Assembly: GCA_043228905.1 (NCBI GenBank)
Contig: JBHGNT010000021.1
Span: forward strand, 4,526,001 to 4,590,000
Length of the DNA: 64,000 bases
Reading direction: 5' to 3'
DNA from: Azolla caroliniana
Lineage: Eukaryota > Plantae > Polypodiophyta
Part shown: in pieces, positions 39,025 through 50,708 of the stretch
Layout of the letters: each line of letters begins with the position of its first letter
Numbering within the stretch: the first letter of the stretch is position 1
Notes under the pieces: model-generated
The model's input: only the letters and a program-made list of their open reading frames with translations
Told to the model about the DNA's origin: nothing
Database searches by the model: none
Program-made: the position numbers and the translations under genes

Positions 39025-40757
39025 ATGGCGTCCTCAAGCAACCAAGCGGGAGAGCTCGAAAGGATGATGCTAATCATCGAGCAAATGATGAGATCTCGGG
39101 ACAACGACGCGAGCATGGAGAAGGTTGTCGATCGTGTCGTAGAGCTCGAGGGCCAATTCGATGGAAGGAACGGTACGAAGTTCCTTGATGCATATAGAAG
39201 GGTGATGAATCAGAGGGACGTGTCCGAGGCACGTCAAATCACAAGCTTCAAGCCGCCAAGACAAAGTAACGTGGAAGAAAAGAAGATTGATGATGACATC
39301 ATTGAAGAGCTAGCGAAGAAGTTCGAGAAGGTCACACTAGCCAACATGAATCGTCGGGGCCCTAAAGGAAAAGAACCCTTTAGATGCATGTGGTGCGATA
39401 GCATGGACCACATGAGGAGGGATTGTGCGAGCCTTCGAGAGGCGATTCGACAAAATATTGTATACATAGAGGACAACATGATTTGCTCAAGCGAGACTAG
39501 AAGACCCCTACGGGTGAATTTCGGAAGAGGAGGAATGAAGAAATCTATGGAGGATGCCGATGCGACTCATGTGGATGTGATGCACTATGCTGCGTCGGCC
39601 GGAATAAGAGTCGGGAAAGACAAGACTGAAGTTGCTAGAGCGGGAGCAAAGTTTTGGACTTCCGTTCTCGAATATGAGAAGAAGGGAAAGTCACATCGAA
39701 CGAGGTAGAGCTTGCAGACCGAAGTGTGCAAAGCATAACCGGGTGGTCGGATCCGGTGGACGACGACACCATACTCGCAGAGGTGATGTGCGACAACCAC
39801 GAGGTGTTCGTCGAAGAAAAGAGAAAGAGAATAGAAGAGCAAGGCCCATCAAAAAGACATGAAACAAGGAACATGAAAAAGAAGGACGATGCGGAGACGA
39901 GTCGACCTTTACAAACGGAGGAACGAGAATCAAACCGAAAAGGGGAGCCGAGCATACGAGTTGAAGAAACGGTTCGGCCCGTGAAGGTTGGTGTCGAAGA
40001 CCCCGCTCGGAGGACAAGGACTATACCTACCTATAAGCTAAGGTCGGACATAGAGCAGACGATGGACCTAAAGAAGATTCTCGAAGAACGAGTTCTTGAT
40101 AGCCACGTAACTTTGTCCTTGAGGGAATTGCTTGGTATTACGAAGAAGGAGTTCCATGACATGATTGTGGACCTTGTAAAGAGAAAGAGACAACAATCGG
40201 ACGAGGAAGAAGAGAAGCCGCAAAAAGCAAAAACGAATGCCATAACGATGGCAAGAGACAAAGTCGATGAAGATATGGTGGACAGCCACTATACTCGACC
40301 TCATTGGGCACAAGCGACAACGGAGATGCCGGTGAAGATCGGGGAGAAGAAAGAGACCGTGGTAGCCTTGATTGACCACGGCTCGGAGATCAACCTCATG
40401 TCAACCGACTTCTACAAAAAAGGAAGATGGCCAATCAATACAAACCACGGATGGAAGATTCGCGCGGCAACAAAGTCTACGGAGGACTTGTACGGAGCTT
40501 GTCCCAATATCAAAGTCACGATCAGGGATGTGGAGATGGAACAACACTTCTTCGTACAAGAATCAGTGTCGCATCCTATCATCCTAGGGCAACCTTATAT
40601 CACATCATCTCGGATGGAGACCAAAGTGTTCGATAATGGAGCAGCCTTCGCACGAATAAAGAGTCTTGACAACCAAAGATCGGTCCAATTCCTAACGGTG
40701 CGAGCCAATCATGAAAGGAATCGAGATAGTCTCAGAGGCGAATCCTTGGATTTTTAG
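39025..40757 (+). pseudogene. gag: Gypsy D Gag-protease (155-aa deletion, frameshift near 39690)
   Basis: ORFs 39019-39708 and 39726-40757 near-identical to B; ALIDHGSEINLM. Confidence 0.9.
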
Positions 40758-40810
40758 AGCGGACTATTGAAGCATGGGGCACAAATAGTCCGAGCAATCA
40801 CAAGACCCCA
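40748..40810 (+). promoter_or_regulatory. Predicted -1 ribosomal frameshift signal
   Basis: GGATTTT, 5-nt spacer, stem CGGACTATT/AATAGTCCG, loop TGGGG pairing with downstream CCCCA. Confidence 0.7.
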
Positions 40811-42803
40811 CAAGAAAGAAGAGTGTGTGGATTGTGAGGAGAAGCAACATGTGTCACACCTAGTGGCGCATGTAAACTAGTACTACCCGACAAGAAGCAC
40901 AAGCACCGGATACAAGAATTCGAGAAGATGCTGAAAGAAGAAAACATAATAGAAGAAGGAGAGTTCGTGACTCATATTATGGAAGAAGCCTCATTTAACG
41001 ACACCATCAGTGAAATCGAGGACGTCGTGGACTTGAGCTATCTTCACAACCAACGTGTGATTTCGGTTAACTCCGTCAACATGTATGCTATCATCAATGA
41101 ATACCGTCATGGCATCTCGATGAAGGAAGCTGACATCAACACGAAATATAAAACGGTGGATAAGAAGATCAAGCCAGTTGCGGCTCCGCTACCGGAAGAT
41201 AGCTGGCTAAAGATGAAGGAAGTCGCTAACGATCCAAGCTTAAGAGATCCGAAGAAGATAGGTCATGTCTTCACCAAAGAGATGAAGGGGAAGCTACGAG
41301 TTGGAAAGGAGAATTTCCTTCTCCTTGAAGAGGAACGAATGTTTCGCGATATGCTTGAGAGACATGGGAAGGCTTTCGCATTCTTCCCACGAGAAATCGG
41401 ATGCGCTGACCCAAAGGTTATAGAGCCGATGGTGATCTTCACGGTGCCTCATGTGCCTTGGAATTTGAAACCGATACCGGTTCCGAGAGCACACCTTCCG
41501 AAGTTGATCGAGCTCTTAAAGGACAAGGTGAGTATGGGAATTCTAGAATCGTCGAATGCTCCTTATTCCAATAGGTGGTTCACGGTGCCGAAGAAGAATG
41601 GATCATTGCGATTCATCCAAGATCTTCAACCCGTCAACAAGGTGACAATTCGAAATGCCGGGATCGGTCCGAGCGTGGACAAATTTGCCGAAGCATTTGC
41701 AGGCCGGTCCATCTACTCCATTGGCGATCTCTACTCCGGATATGACCAATTCCAATTGAGGATTGACAGTCGGGACATTACAACCATGAGGACTCCGATC
41801 GGGCTTGTGCGGATGTGTACCTTACCCCAAGGCGCAACGAACTCGGTGGCTCATATGGTAAATGCCATGAATAAAGTCTTGAAGGATTGCATCCCGGACA
41901 TCACGATGCCATTCTTGGATTATATTCCGATAAAAGGATGTTCAGATAAGGAGAAAGATGAATCGAAAGATAAGGAAGGTTGTAGAAAGTTCGTTGCGGA
42001 TCATATGAAAGATTGCGAGAAGGTGCTTCAAAGGCTCGAAGATACGAATTTGACATTTTCGGGAGAAAACTCCGCATTCGGGCAACCGGAGATCTTGGTG
42101 GTAGGTCACTTGTGTGGAGCATACGGCCGGAAGCCCTTGCCATCCAAAGTGAACGCAATCCAAGACATGAAAGAAGAATGCGAAAACCAAACAGAGGTTC
42201 GAAGGTTCCTTGGAGCGTGCGCGTTTTATAATATATGGATTCCTCACTACGCTCATGTCGTCAAGCCGTTATATGGACTACTAAAGAAAAGAATGAAGTT
42301 CGAATGGCAAGACGAGCACACAAATGCGATGCGAAGATTAAAGAAACTGCTTCTTGAAGCTCCGGCACTAAGGAAGGCCGACTATGCCGAAGGGAAACCA
42401 ATTTACGTGACCGTAGATACGAGCCCAACCGGAATCGGGTGGGTCATCAATCAAGAAGGTGAAGATAATGCACGATATGCCGTCTGGTTTGGAGCAAAGG
42501 TTCTCAGCGAACGGCAACAAAGATATGCCCAAGTCAAGCGGGAACTTTGGGGTATTGTGTCGGTAGTGAAGACGGACAAAGGTTACCTAATCGGGTCAGA
42601 AGTGATAATAGAGACAGATTGTCTCCCAATTATCGGAATGGTCTCGGGATGTGCGACCCCAGATCTTGCTATGCTAAGGTGGATCGCCTACATCAAGTCT
42701 TTAAACCCAGAGATCCGTCACATTGCGGGGAAGAAGAACGCCATGGCTGACATGCTGTCGAGGGCAAGATTTTCAAATGGAAGTAACATGGTTTCGGAAG
42801 ATG
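40755..42803 (+). pseudogene. pol: Gypsy D pol (RT-RNase H)
   Basis: SNRWFTVPKK, LPQG, FLDY (mutated from FLDD), DTSPTGIG, ETDC; stop near 40835; interrupted by copia E. Confidence 0.9.
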
Positions 42804-42867
42804 TGTTGGGATTTCGGTCCCTCCGGATGGGATGTCCGGAGATGAATGACGGCAAGCCCGGTTGCGG

Positions 42868-42996
42868 TTACGGAGCCGGATGATGAAGACCCCGGCTACG
42901 GAGCCGGATGATGAAGACCCCGGCTACGGAGTCGGATGATGAAGACCCCGGCTACGGAGCCGGATGATGAAGACCCCGGTTACGGAGCCGGATGAC
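42868..42996 (+). repeat. 28-bp tandem repeat in U3, about 4.5 copies
   Basis: Unit CTACGGAGCCGGATGATGAAGACCCCGG. Confidence 0.95.
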
Positions 42997-43499
42997 GAAT
43001 GTACCCGGTGAGAGATCCGGATGCGGAGACATATTTGTGAATATGTTTGCCAAGAGCCCTTGAGGCTATATTTGTAAATAGCCCGAAAGTCATATGTGTA
43101 TAAATATGACTTAGGGCAAACAGTTAAGTTGTTGTTGCTCATTTTTCTGTTTTCCACCAAGAGGGAGCGAAGTGAGAGCAGCCGAGAGAGAGAGAGACGA
43201 AGAGGTCGTTGCCTCTGTGTATTACCACCGCCTGTGGTGAAGATAGTGAGCTCAAGGTTGTTGCCCTGTAGCTTCACCACTGTACATCTCTGTTTTAGTG
43301 ATAGTTGGAGTTTGAGGACTCCCGTGGTTTTTTTTCCCATTTAGGGTTTTCCACGTAAAACATCCAGTGTACTCTTCTCTCTTTTGTTTTTTTCGTGCAT
43401 TGTTGTATTTCCCGTTTTCTGTGAATCGATCCTGTTCCTCGGTTGTGGCCGAGCACGGAATTTCGACAAAGTGGTATCAGAGCGACGGTAACACAGAAA

Positions 43500-46400
43500 A
43501 TGGAAGGCGGCAGCAGCGGGCAGCCGGGGATGATGGTGCTAAATGCGCAGAACTACGCCGACTGGAAGATAAAGATGGAGGATCTGCTCATTGTTCGGGA
43601 CCTGTATGAACCGATCGACAGGTCGGAAATACCCAAGGGGGTACTTGAGACGGAGTGGAGGCTTCTGAACCGGAAAGCCGTTGCAACCATTCGGCAATAC
43701 GTCGACGTGAGCGTTCTACAACACGTGGCGAACGACACCAACGCATATGAGATGTGGAGGAAGCTGTCGGGCCTCTACGAGAGGAAGAATGCGTTGAACC
43801 GGACCTCCCTGATGAGAAAGATAGTGAACCTCAAGTACCGGGACGGCGAGAGTATGGTGGAACACGTAAGCACGTTCATGGGATTCGTGAACCAGCTTGC
43901 GGCGATCAAGTTCCCGTTGGAGGATGCAATGCAAGCCATCATCCTGATGTGTACATTGCCGGACAGCTGGGAGAACTTGGTGGTGACTCTCAGCACCTCC
44001 TGCACCGAAGATAACTTGTCCCTACAAACGGTAAAGACAAGTATTTTGAACGAAGAAGCGCGTCGGAGAGATAAGGAACCGGCCTCCGACTCGAAGGTGC
44101 TGCTTACCGAATCGGAACGGGGAAGACAATGGAACCGGAGTCCGCAAAGACGGGAGAAGTCGGGGACCCGGTCGCAGTCAAGAGGAAGACCCACATGCTT
44201 CCACTGTGGGAAGCCGGGGCACTTCCGGAAGAATTGTCGGCATTACCGAAAAGACAACGGATCCGACGACACCGATTCAAAGAAGTCACCGGAGCGAAAC
44301 GGCGCATACCGGGGAGCCACGGACCGGAGAGGTCCGGATCGGCGAGGGCAGGACCGGAAAGGAACGACGGCACTCGCGGCAAGTGAAGAGGAGATCATGC
44401 TCATCACCGAAGAAGGTGAACTAAACATTGCCGGCGATGAGACTACCTGGGTGGTCGATTCCGGAGCGTCGTTCCACCTGACCCCGGAAAGTAGATACTT
44501 CTCATCCTACACAGCCGGTGAACATGGCTGTGTTCGGATGGGAAATGAAGGTACGTGCCGGATTGCCGGCATAGGAGACGTATGGTTGACAACCCCGACC
44601 GGATGCAAAATGCTGCTGAAGGATGTCCGACACGTTCCGGAGGTTCGATTGAACCTGATTTCGGCCGGGAGGCTAGACGATGAAGGCTACACAGGTAGCA
44701 ACCGGAACGGCGTAATGAAGTTCAGCAAGGGAAGCCTGATAGTGGCTCGGGCCCGGAAAGTCAACACACTGTACCTTATGAATGCCTGGTTGTGTCCGGA
44801 AGAGCTGAATGTGGCAGCCGACACTGCCGGTGAGCTGTGGCACAAAAGACTGTGCCACATGAGTGAGAAGGGGATGAAGAGGCTTGCAGAAGACAACCTT
44901 ATTCCAGTGAAGCATGTGCACCTGGAGAAGTGCACCGATTGCCTGGCCGGTAAGCAGAACCGAACCTCCTTCCACTCAAGGCCACCGACGAGACGTAGCG
45001 CACCATTGGAGTTGGTGCACACTGATGTGTGTCAGGTAGAAACGAAGTCACATGGCGGAGCCCAGTACTTCGTGACTTTCATTGATGATCACAGCCGGAA
45101 GCTGTGGACAGCACCGTTGAAGACAAAGGACCGAGTATTGTCCGTCTTCAAAGAACTCCACGTGAGAGTGGAAAGAGAATCCGGCAAGAAGCTGAAAGCG
45201 ATACGAGCGGATAACGGAGGAGAATACCGGGGGCAGTTCGCGGAGTACTGTCGCTCAAAAGGAATCCGGCTCGAGTTTACTGTGCCGAAGACGCCGGAAC
45301 TGAACGGGCTGGCCGAGAGGATGAACCGGACCATAATGGAGAGGGTTCGGAGTATGCTAGCGCATGCGAAATTACCCAAGGGGTTTTGGGCTGAGGCGAT
45401 GTCGACGGCGACATACGTGATAAATAGATCACCCTCAGTACCTTTGGACGGAGACACGCCGCAGAGAGTGTGGACCGGTAGGGAAGTATCCTACCGGCAT
45501 CTGAAGGTGTTCGGGTGCCTCGCATATGTGCATGTGGCTAAGGACCGGAGAGGAAAGCTAGATCCAAAGACCCGGCCATGCATATTCCTCGGTTACGGCG
45601 ATGACGAGTTCGGCTACCGAGTATGGGACCCGGTCGACAAGAAGATATTCAGGAGTCGTGATATCATCTTCATGGAGGACAAGACACTCGCCGACTGGGA
45701 GTCGGAGAAGAAGATTAAGAGCTTCAAGTCGACCGGTGAGAATCAACTCTACGAAGAGCAGTCCCGACCGGCAAGGGACCGGTTAGCACTCGAGGATCCG
45801 GCCGAAGACGGTGAAGAAACAGAACCGGCCGAGGAAGATGAAACTGATACCGGAACCGGCCCCGATCCCGAAATGGATTCGGATGAAGAGGAAACGGAGG
45901 AGCCGGTTACCGAAGCTCCGGAACGGAGATATCCTCTAAGAGAGAGAAGGGCCCCCCGGAGATTTCCGGAACCAGAGCACGTGCTGCTAACCGACGAAGG
46001 GGAGCCGGAGAGCTTTGAAGAAGCAAAGCATGACACCCAGAGCCGCAGGTGGTTGAGTGCCATGCAGGACGAGATGGATTCCCTGCATGAGAACCACACA
46101 TATGAACTTGTGGAGTTGCCGAAAGGAAAGCGGGCACTTCGAAACAAGTGGGTGTTCAAGCTGAAACCGGGAGATGCCGAAAACCCCCCGAGATACAAAG
46201 CCAGGATCGTGGTGAAGGGGTTTCAGCAGAAGAAGGGCGTCGACTTCGACGAGATATTTGCCCCGGTAGTGAAGATGACCTCCATCCGGACGGTGCTGAG
46301 CATAGCGGCAAGCATGGACCTCGAGGTAGAACAGATGGACGTGAAGACGGCATTCCTTCACGGTGACCTCGAAGAAGAGATCTACATGCAGCAACCGGAA

Positions 46401-47573
46401 GGATTCGAGAAGAAAGGGAAGGAGCACCTGGTATGCCGGTTGAAGAAGAGCCTTTACGGACTGAAGCAGGCTCCCCGGCAATGGTACCGGAAGTTCGACT
46501 CTTTCATGACCGACGAAAGGTACCTCAAAACGCAGTCCGACCACTGCGTGTTTGTGAAGAAGTTCGAAGGAGGAGACTTTCTAATACTCCTCCTGTACGT
46601 GGACGACATGTTGATCGTCGGACGGGACCAGGTCAAGATACGGATGCTGAAGAAGGCTCTTCACCGAACCTTCTCAATGAAGGACTTGGGTCCGGCGAGG
46701 CAAATATTAGGGATGCACATCATCCGGGACCGGAAGAAGAAGCAGTTGTGGCTGTCACAGGAGAAGTACGTGACAAAGGTGCTTCAACGGTTCAACATGT
46801 CGGAAGCAAGACCGGTCGGGTCAACCCTCCCGGCAAACTGCAAGTTGTCCAGCAAGCAAAGCCCCAAGACAAAGGCTGAGAAGGAGGACATGATGAAAGT
46901 GCCATATGCCTCTGCCGTCGGAAGCTTGATGTACGCAATGGTGTGTACAAGACCGGACATTGGATACGCAGTCGGAGTGGTGAGCCGGTACATGAGCAAT
47001 CCCGGCAAAGAGCATTGGAACGCGGCCAAATGGATACTCCGATACCTGAAGGGCACGGCAAACGTGTGCCTCCGATTCGGCTCCGGTAAGCCCGAACTCG
47101 ACGGCTTTACCGATTCGGATATGTCGGCTGATGCAGATACCAGCCGGTCCACATCAGGGTATGTGATGACGTATGCAGGGGGAGCTGTTTCATGGCAGTC
47201 GAGGCTGCAGAAGACGGTTGCGTTGTCAACCACAGAGGCGGAGTACATGGCGGCTGTTGAAGCCGGCAAGGAAATAATATGGATGAAGGACTTCATTAGA
47301 GAGCTCGGTATCCAGCAGGAGGAGTACCGACTCTACTGCGACAGTCAGAGTGCCATCCACCTTGCGAAGAACGCGGCTTATCACTCCCGGACGAAGCACA
47401 TCCAGCGAAGATATCACTGGATCCGGGAAAGGATAGAAGACAAGGAGTTCGTGCTGACGAAGGTCCACACGGACGAGAACGGGTCGGATATGCTGACCAA
47501 GGTGCTCACACCCGACAAGCTGGAAGCATGCCGGAAGAGGATCGGACTGGAGAGACATCCCATGCCGAAGTGA
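43500..47573 (+). CDS. Ty1/copia gag-pol polyprotein, 1357 aa, uninterrupted
   Basis: CCHC, DSGA, HHCC, D-D-E integrase, YVDD and RNase H motifs in one frame. Confidence 0.96.
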   Translation: MEGGSSGQPGMMVLNAQNYADWKIKMEDLLIVRDLYEPIDRSEIPKGVLETEWRLLNRKAVATIRQYVDVSVLQHVANDTNAYEMWRKLSGLYERKNALNRTSLMRKIVNLKYRDGESMVEHVSTFMGFVNQLAAIKFPLEDAMQAIILMCTLPDSWENLVVTLSTSCTEDNLSLQTVKTSILNEEARRRDKEPASDSKVLLTESERGRQWNRSPQRREKSGTRSQSRGRPTCFHCGKPGHFRKNCRHYRKDNGSDDTDSKKSPERNGAYRGATDRRGPDRRGQDRKGTTALAASEEEIMLITEEGELNIAGDETTWVVDSGASFHLTPESRYFSSYTAGEHGCVRMGNEGTCRIAGIGDVWLTTPTGCKMLLKDVRHVPEVRLNLISAGRLDDEGYTGSNRNGVMKFSKGSLIVARARKVNTLYLMNAWLCPEELNVAADTAGELWHKRLCHMSEKGMKRLAEDNLIPVKHVHLEKCTDCLAGKQNRTSFHSRPPTRRSAPLELVHTDVCQVETKSHGGAQYFVTFIDDHSRKLWTAPLKTKDRVLSVFKELHVRVERESGKKLKAIRADNGGEYRGQFAEYCRSKGIRLEFTVPKTPELNGLAERMNRTIMERVRSMLAHAKLPKGFWAEAMSTATYVINRSPSVPLDGDTPQRVWTGREVSYRHLKVFGCLAYVHVAKDRRGKLDPKTRPCIFLGYGDDEFGYRVWDPVDKKIFRSRDIIFMEDKTLADWESEKKIKSFKSTGENQLYEEQSRPARDRLALEDPAEDGEETEPAEEDETDTGTGPDPEMDSDEEETEEPVTEAPERRYPLRERRAPRRFPEPEHVLLTDEGEPESFEEAKHDTQSRRWLSAMQDEMDSLHENHTYELVELPKGKRALRNKWVFKLKPGDAENPPRYKARIVVKGFQQKKGVDFDEIFAPVVKMTSIRTVLSIAASMDLEVEQMDVKTAFLHGDLEEEIYMQQPEGFEKKGKEHLVCRLKKSLYGLKQAPRQWYRKFDSFMTDERYLKTQSDHCVFVKKFEGGDFLILLLYVDDMLIVGRDQVKIRMLKKALHRTFSMKDLGPARQILGMHIIRDRKKKQLWLSQEKYVTKVLQRFNMSEARPVGSTLPANCKLSSKQSPKTKAEKEDMMKVPYASAVGSLMYAMVCTRPDIGYAVGVVSRYMSNPGKEHWNAAKWILRYLKGTANVCLRFGSGKPELDGFTDSDMSADADTSRSTSGYVMTYAGGAVSWQSRLQKTVALSTTEAEYMAAVEAGKEIIWMKDFIRELGIQQEEYRLYCDSQSAIHLAKNAAYHSRTKHIQRRYHWIRERIEDKEFVLTKVHTDENGSDMLTKVLTPDKLEACRKRIGLERHPMPK

Positions 47574-47647
47574 AGGGGGAGTTTGTTGGGATTTCGGTCC
47601 CTCCGGATGGGATGTCCGGAGATGAATGACGGCAAGCCCGGTTGCGG

Positions 47648-47748
47648 TTACGGAGCCGGATGATGAAGACCCCGGCTACGGAGCCGGATGATGAAGACCC
47701 CGGCTACGGAGCCGGATGATGAAGACCCCGGTTACGGAGCCGGATGAC
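47648..47748 (+). repeat. 28-bp tandem repeat in 3' LTR, about 3.5 copies
   Basis: One unit fewer than the 5' LTR (637 vs 665 bp). Confidence 0.95.
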
Positions 47749-48225
47749 GAATGTACCCGGTGAGAGATCCGGATGCGGAGACATATTTGTGAATATGTTT
47801 GCCAAGAGCCCTTGAGGCTATATTTGTAAATAGCCCGAAAGTCATATGTGTATAAATATGACTTAGGGCAAACAGTTAAGTTGTTGTTGCTCATTTTTCT
47901 GTTTTCCACCAAGAGGGAGCGAAGTGAGAGCAGCCGAGAGAGAGAGAGACGAAGAGGTCGTTGCCTCTGTGTATTACCACCGCCTGTGGTGAAGATAGTG
48001 AGCTCAAGGTTGTTGCCCTGTAGCTTCACCACTGTACATCTCTGTTTTAGTGATAGTTGGAGTTTGAGGACTCCCGTGGTTTTTTTTCCCATTTAGGGTT
48101 TTCCACGTAAAACATCCAGTGTACTCTTCTCTCTTTTGTTTTTTTCGTGCATTGTTGTATTTCCCGTTTTCTGTGAATCGATCCTGTTCCTCGGTTGTGG
48201 CCGAGCACGGAATTTTGACAAGATG

Positions 48226-49664
48226 AAGATGTCGCCCTCGACTTCTTCAAGATGGCTCGATTGTCGGCGGAAGACCAGGACACGCAAACCCTCCACGCCT
48301 TCAACAAGAACGAGTACGAAGGAGAGTGGTTACTCATCGGTAGATTCCTAAGAACATTGACGACAGATGCTTCGTTGACAAAGGAGGAGGCCCTATGAGT
48401 CCGAAAGAAAGCTTACCGATACTTCTTGAAGGGAGGATTCCTTTGGTGACATCCAAAAAGAAGGACAAGAATACCACGTCGAGTGGTGGTAAAGAAAGAA
48501 GAGCAAGAGACACTGATGACCGAATTCCACGAGAGTGCTTGGGCAGGTCATAGAGGAACATGGGCGACGTTCGAAAAGTTGAAGGAGAAGTACTGGTGGC
48601 CAAGCATGTATAAAGATGTACTCCATTTCGTGTCCACGTGCGAAACTTGTCAAATATATTCAAATATACGTCATCGTGATGAGTTACAGCCGACATACCC
48701 ACTCACCATACACCTCAAATGGATGGTGGATCTGGTCTCGATGCCAATGGGAGTGGGACAAATGAAGTACTTCGCTCTGGCGAGGGAAGACTTGACAAAT
48801 CAAGTGGAAGGACGAGCCTTGACAAATAAGACAACTTCAGCCGTTTGCAAATTTCTGCTTGAAGAGGTTGTTTGCCGATATGGATGTGTAGGGAAGATAG
48901 TGGCCGACCGAGGGGAGTTGGACGCGCACGAAGCGACAGAGCTCTTCGAAAGACTAGGCGTGAAGCTCTCCCTCACGACTGCCTACAATCCGGAAGCGAA
49001 TGGGAAGATCGAGCGAGGGCATGGACCTATCGTTAACGCCATCGTACGAGCATGCAACGGTCGAGTCGGGAATTGGCCACGACTATTACCCTATGCCTTG
49101 TGGGCCGATAGAACGACACATAGCTCGGTGACAGGGTATATGCCGACGGAGCTTATGTATGGACAAAAGCCGATTATGCCCATCGAAAGGACGATCGCCT
49201 CATGGGTAGCGATACCGTGGGAGAACGAGATGAGCCGAGAAGAGTTATTAGCGGTGCGGATAAGGCAACTTGAAAGAAGACCTGAAGATTTAGAAAAAGC
49301 GCGAAAGATGATGGAGGCAGCCCGAGTAAAGAACAAAGTTCGGTTCGACAACACGCATCGACTTCGTCCCAAGAAGATTGAAGAAGGGGATTGGGTTTTG
49401 GTTTACGATAGTACCCTTGACAATCAACACAGTACAACAAGGAAGTTCGCAAGAAGATGGTTCGGGCCGTATGTGGTGACAAGTGCCAATGATAATGCCA
49501 CATACCACCTTGCGGAACTAGACGGATCAAGGTTGGCCATACCCATTGCGGGAAAAAGAGTAAAGATTTTCAAGAAAAGACAAGACAAGGATCCTGACCT
49601 CAATCACCTCGACGATGAACATAATAGAGCGGATGTAAATGAAGACATGGAGGAATCTAATTGA
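48226..49664 (+). pseudogene. pol: Gypsy D integrase
   Basis: H-x5-GH...CETC zinc finger, rve core and WFGPY; upstream TGA stops near 48396 and 48447. Confidence 0.9.
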
Positions 49665-50167
49665 TCACCGTAGCCGAAATCTCACTTTCTCTCTTCTTGG
49701 CACGTACAGGAGGATGTGCGGTTTGGTGGGGGTGGATGTCGTGAAGATTTTCGGCAATAGTGTGAAAATCCCATAAAACGTACAAAATCGAGTATGAATC
49801 ACATAATACAATAATTGCACGAAGATAACATTTTAAATAAATTTAATATCTAAGTACAAAATGATGGAGGTTTCGAATGCACTTTACGGCTCTCATCATA
49901 TATAAGGTAGAGCAAAAGCTATTATCTTTGTGTCTATGTGTGGAGCATAGAGAGTTCAAGGTAACTTGAACTGAGAGTGGAGGTGGGCTAGCTACTCGTA
50001 AAGGGTTTTGACCAACCAAAACTGAACCAACGATGGAGCCGGTGATCCGACGGCATCCGACACCGGTGAGGTGATGGCATCCGGCGGCAACCGACGACGA
50101 AGATGTGACAGCATCCGGCGAACTGGCGTCTGGTGACTAGATAAATAAATATATATACATATACAAG

Positions 50168-50242
50168 GAGGACAAGTATAAGGATTCGAACCTTGCACCT
50201 CCGAGTTAAGAGTCAATTGGCTTACCATTAAGCCATGCCATT
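50168..50242 (-). ncRNA. tRNA-like cassette in gypsy D 3' LTR
   Basis: Reverse-complement A box 50225-50235, B box 50182-50192. Confidence 0.55.
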
Positions 50243-50708
50243 TAGTGAAATTTATATTTCTATCATTGTACTTTTACATGTAAATTCTCATACATGAAAG
50301 CTAAAATGAGTGACATGGTTATCATGCACCACATGTAATACATAAGCGCCAAATGGCAAACATGCATTTTATGCATGTCTTGTACCCTCACATGCATCAT
50401 ACGCATGAGAGCATCTATAAAAGAAGGAAGGGGGAGGAGAAAAAACACGTTTTTTTTTGTTATGAAATTAAGAAGAAGAAATTCGTTATCAAATTGATCG
50501 TGTAACTTGTTTCTTAAATCCAAAGATAAAAGTTCAATCAATCTCTCTCAATCGTTTAATCTCAACTTCTCTCTTTCCCAATCTATCTTAAGTACTTTCT
50601 CGCTAAAGCTTGCGCCAAAGCTGGTACCGACTTAGAATCCTTCCGGTCCAGAACCCCGGCGGTTCCGCCTCACGATCCGCGTGTAGTGACGGATCTTCAC
50701 GACACCAG

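Larger units (their letters stand above)
42804..48220 (+). mobile_element. Young intact Ty1/copia element E
   Basis: LTRs 42804-43468 and 47584-48220; TSD AGATG; PBS 43472-43483; PPT overlapping the stop codon. Confidence 0.97.
37984..50704 (+). mobile_element. Ty3/gypsy element D (same family as B), full-length, with nested copia
   Basis: LTRs 37984-38957 and 49737-50704; TSD CCGG/CCAG; PBS 38966-38983; PPT 49725-49736. Confidence 0.95.

Noticed and set aside
42868-42996. 28-bp repeats as a CRISPR array
   Set aside because: Head-to-tail with no spacers, inside a copia LTR, and no cas genes.
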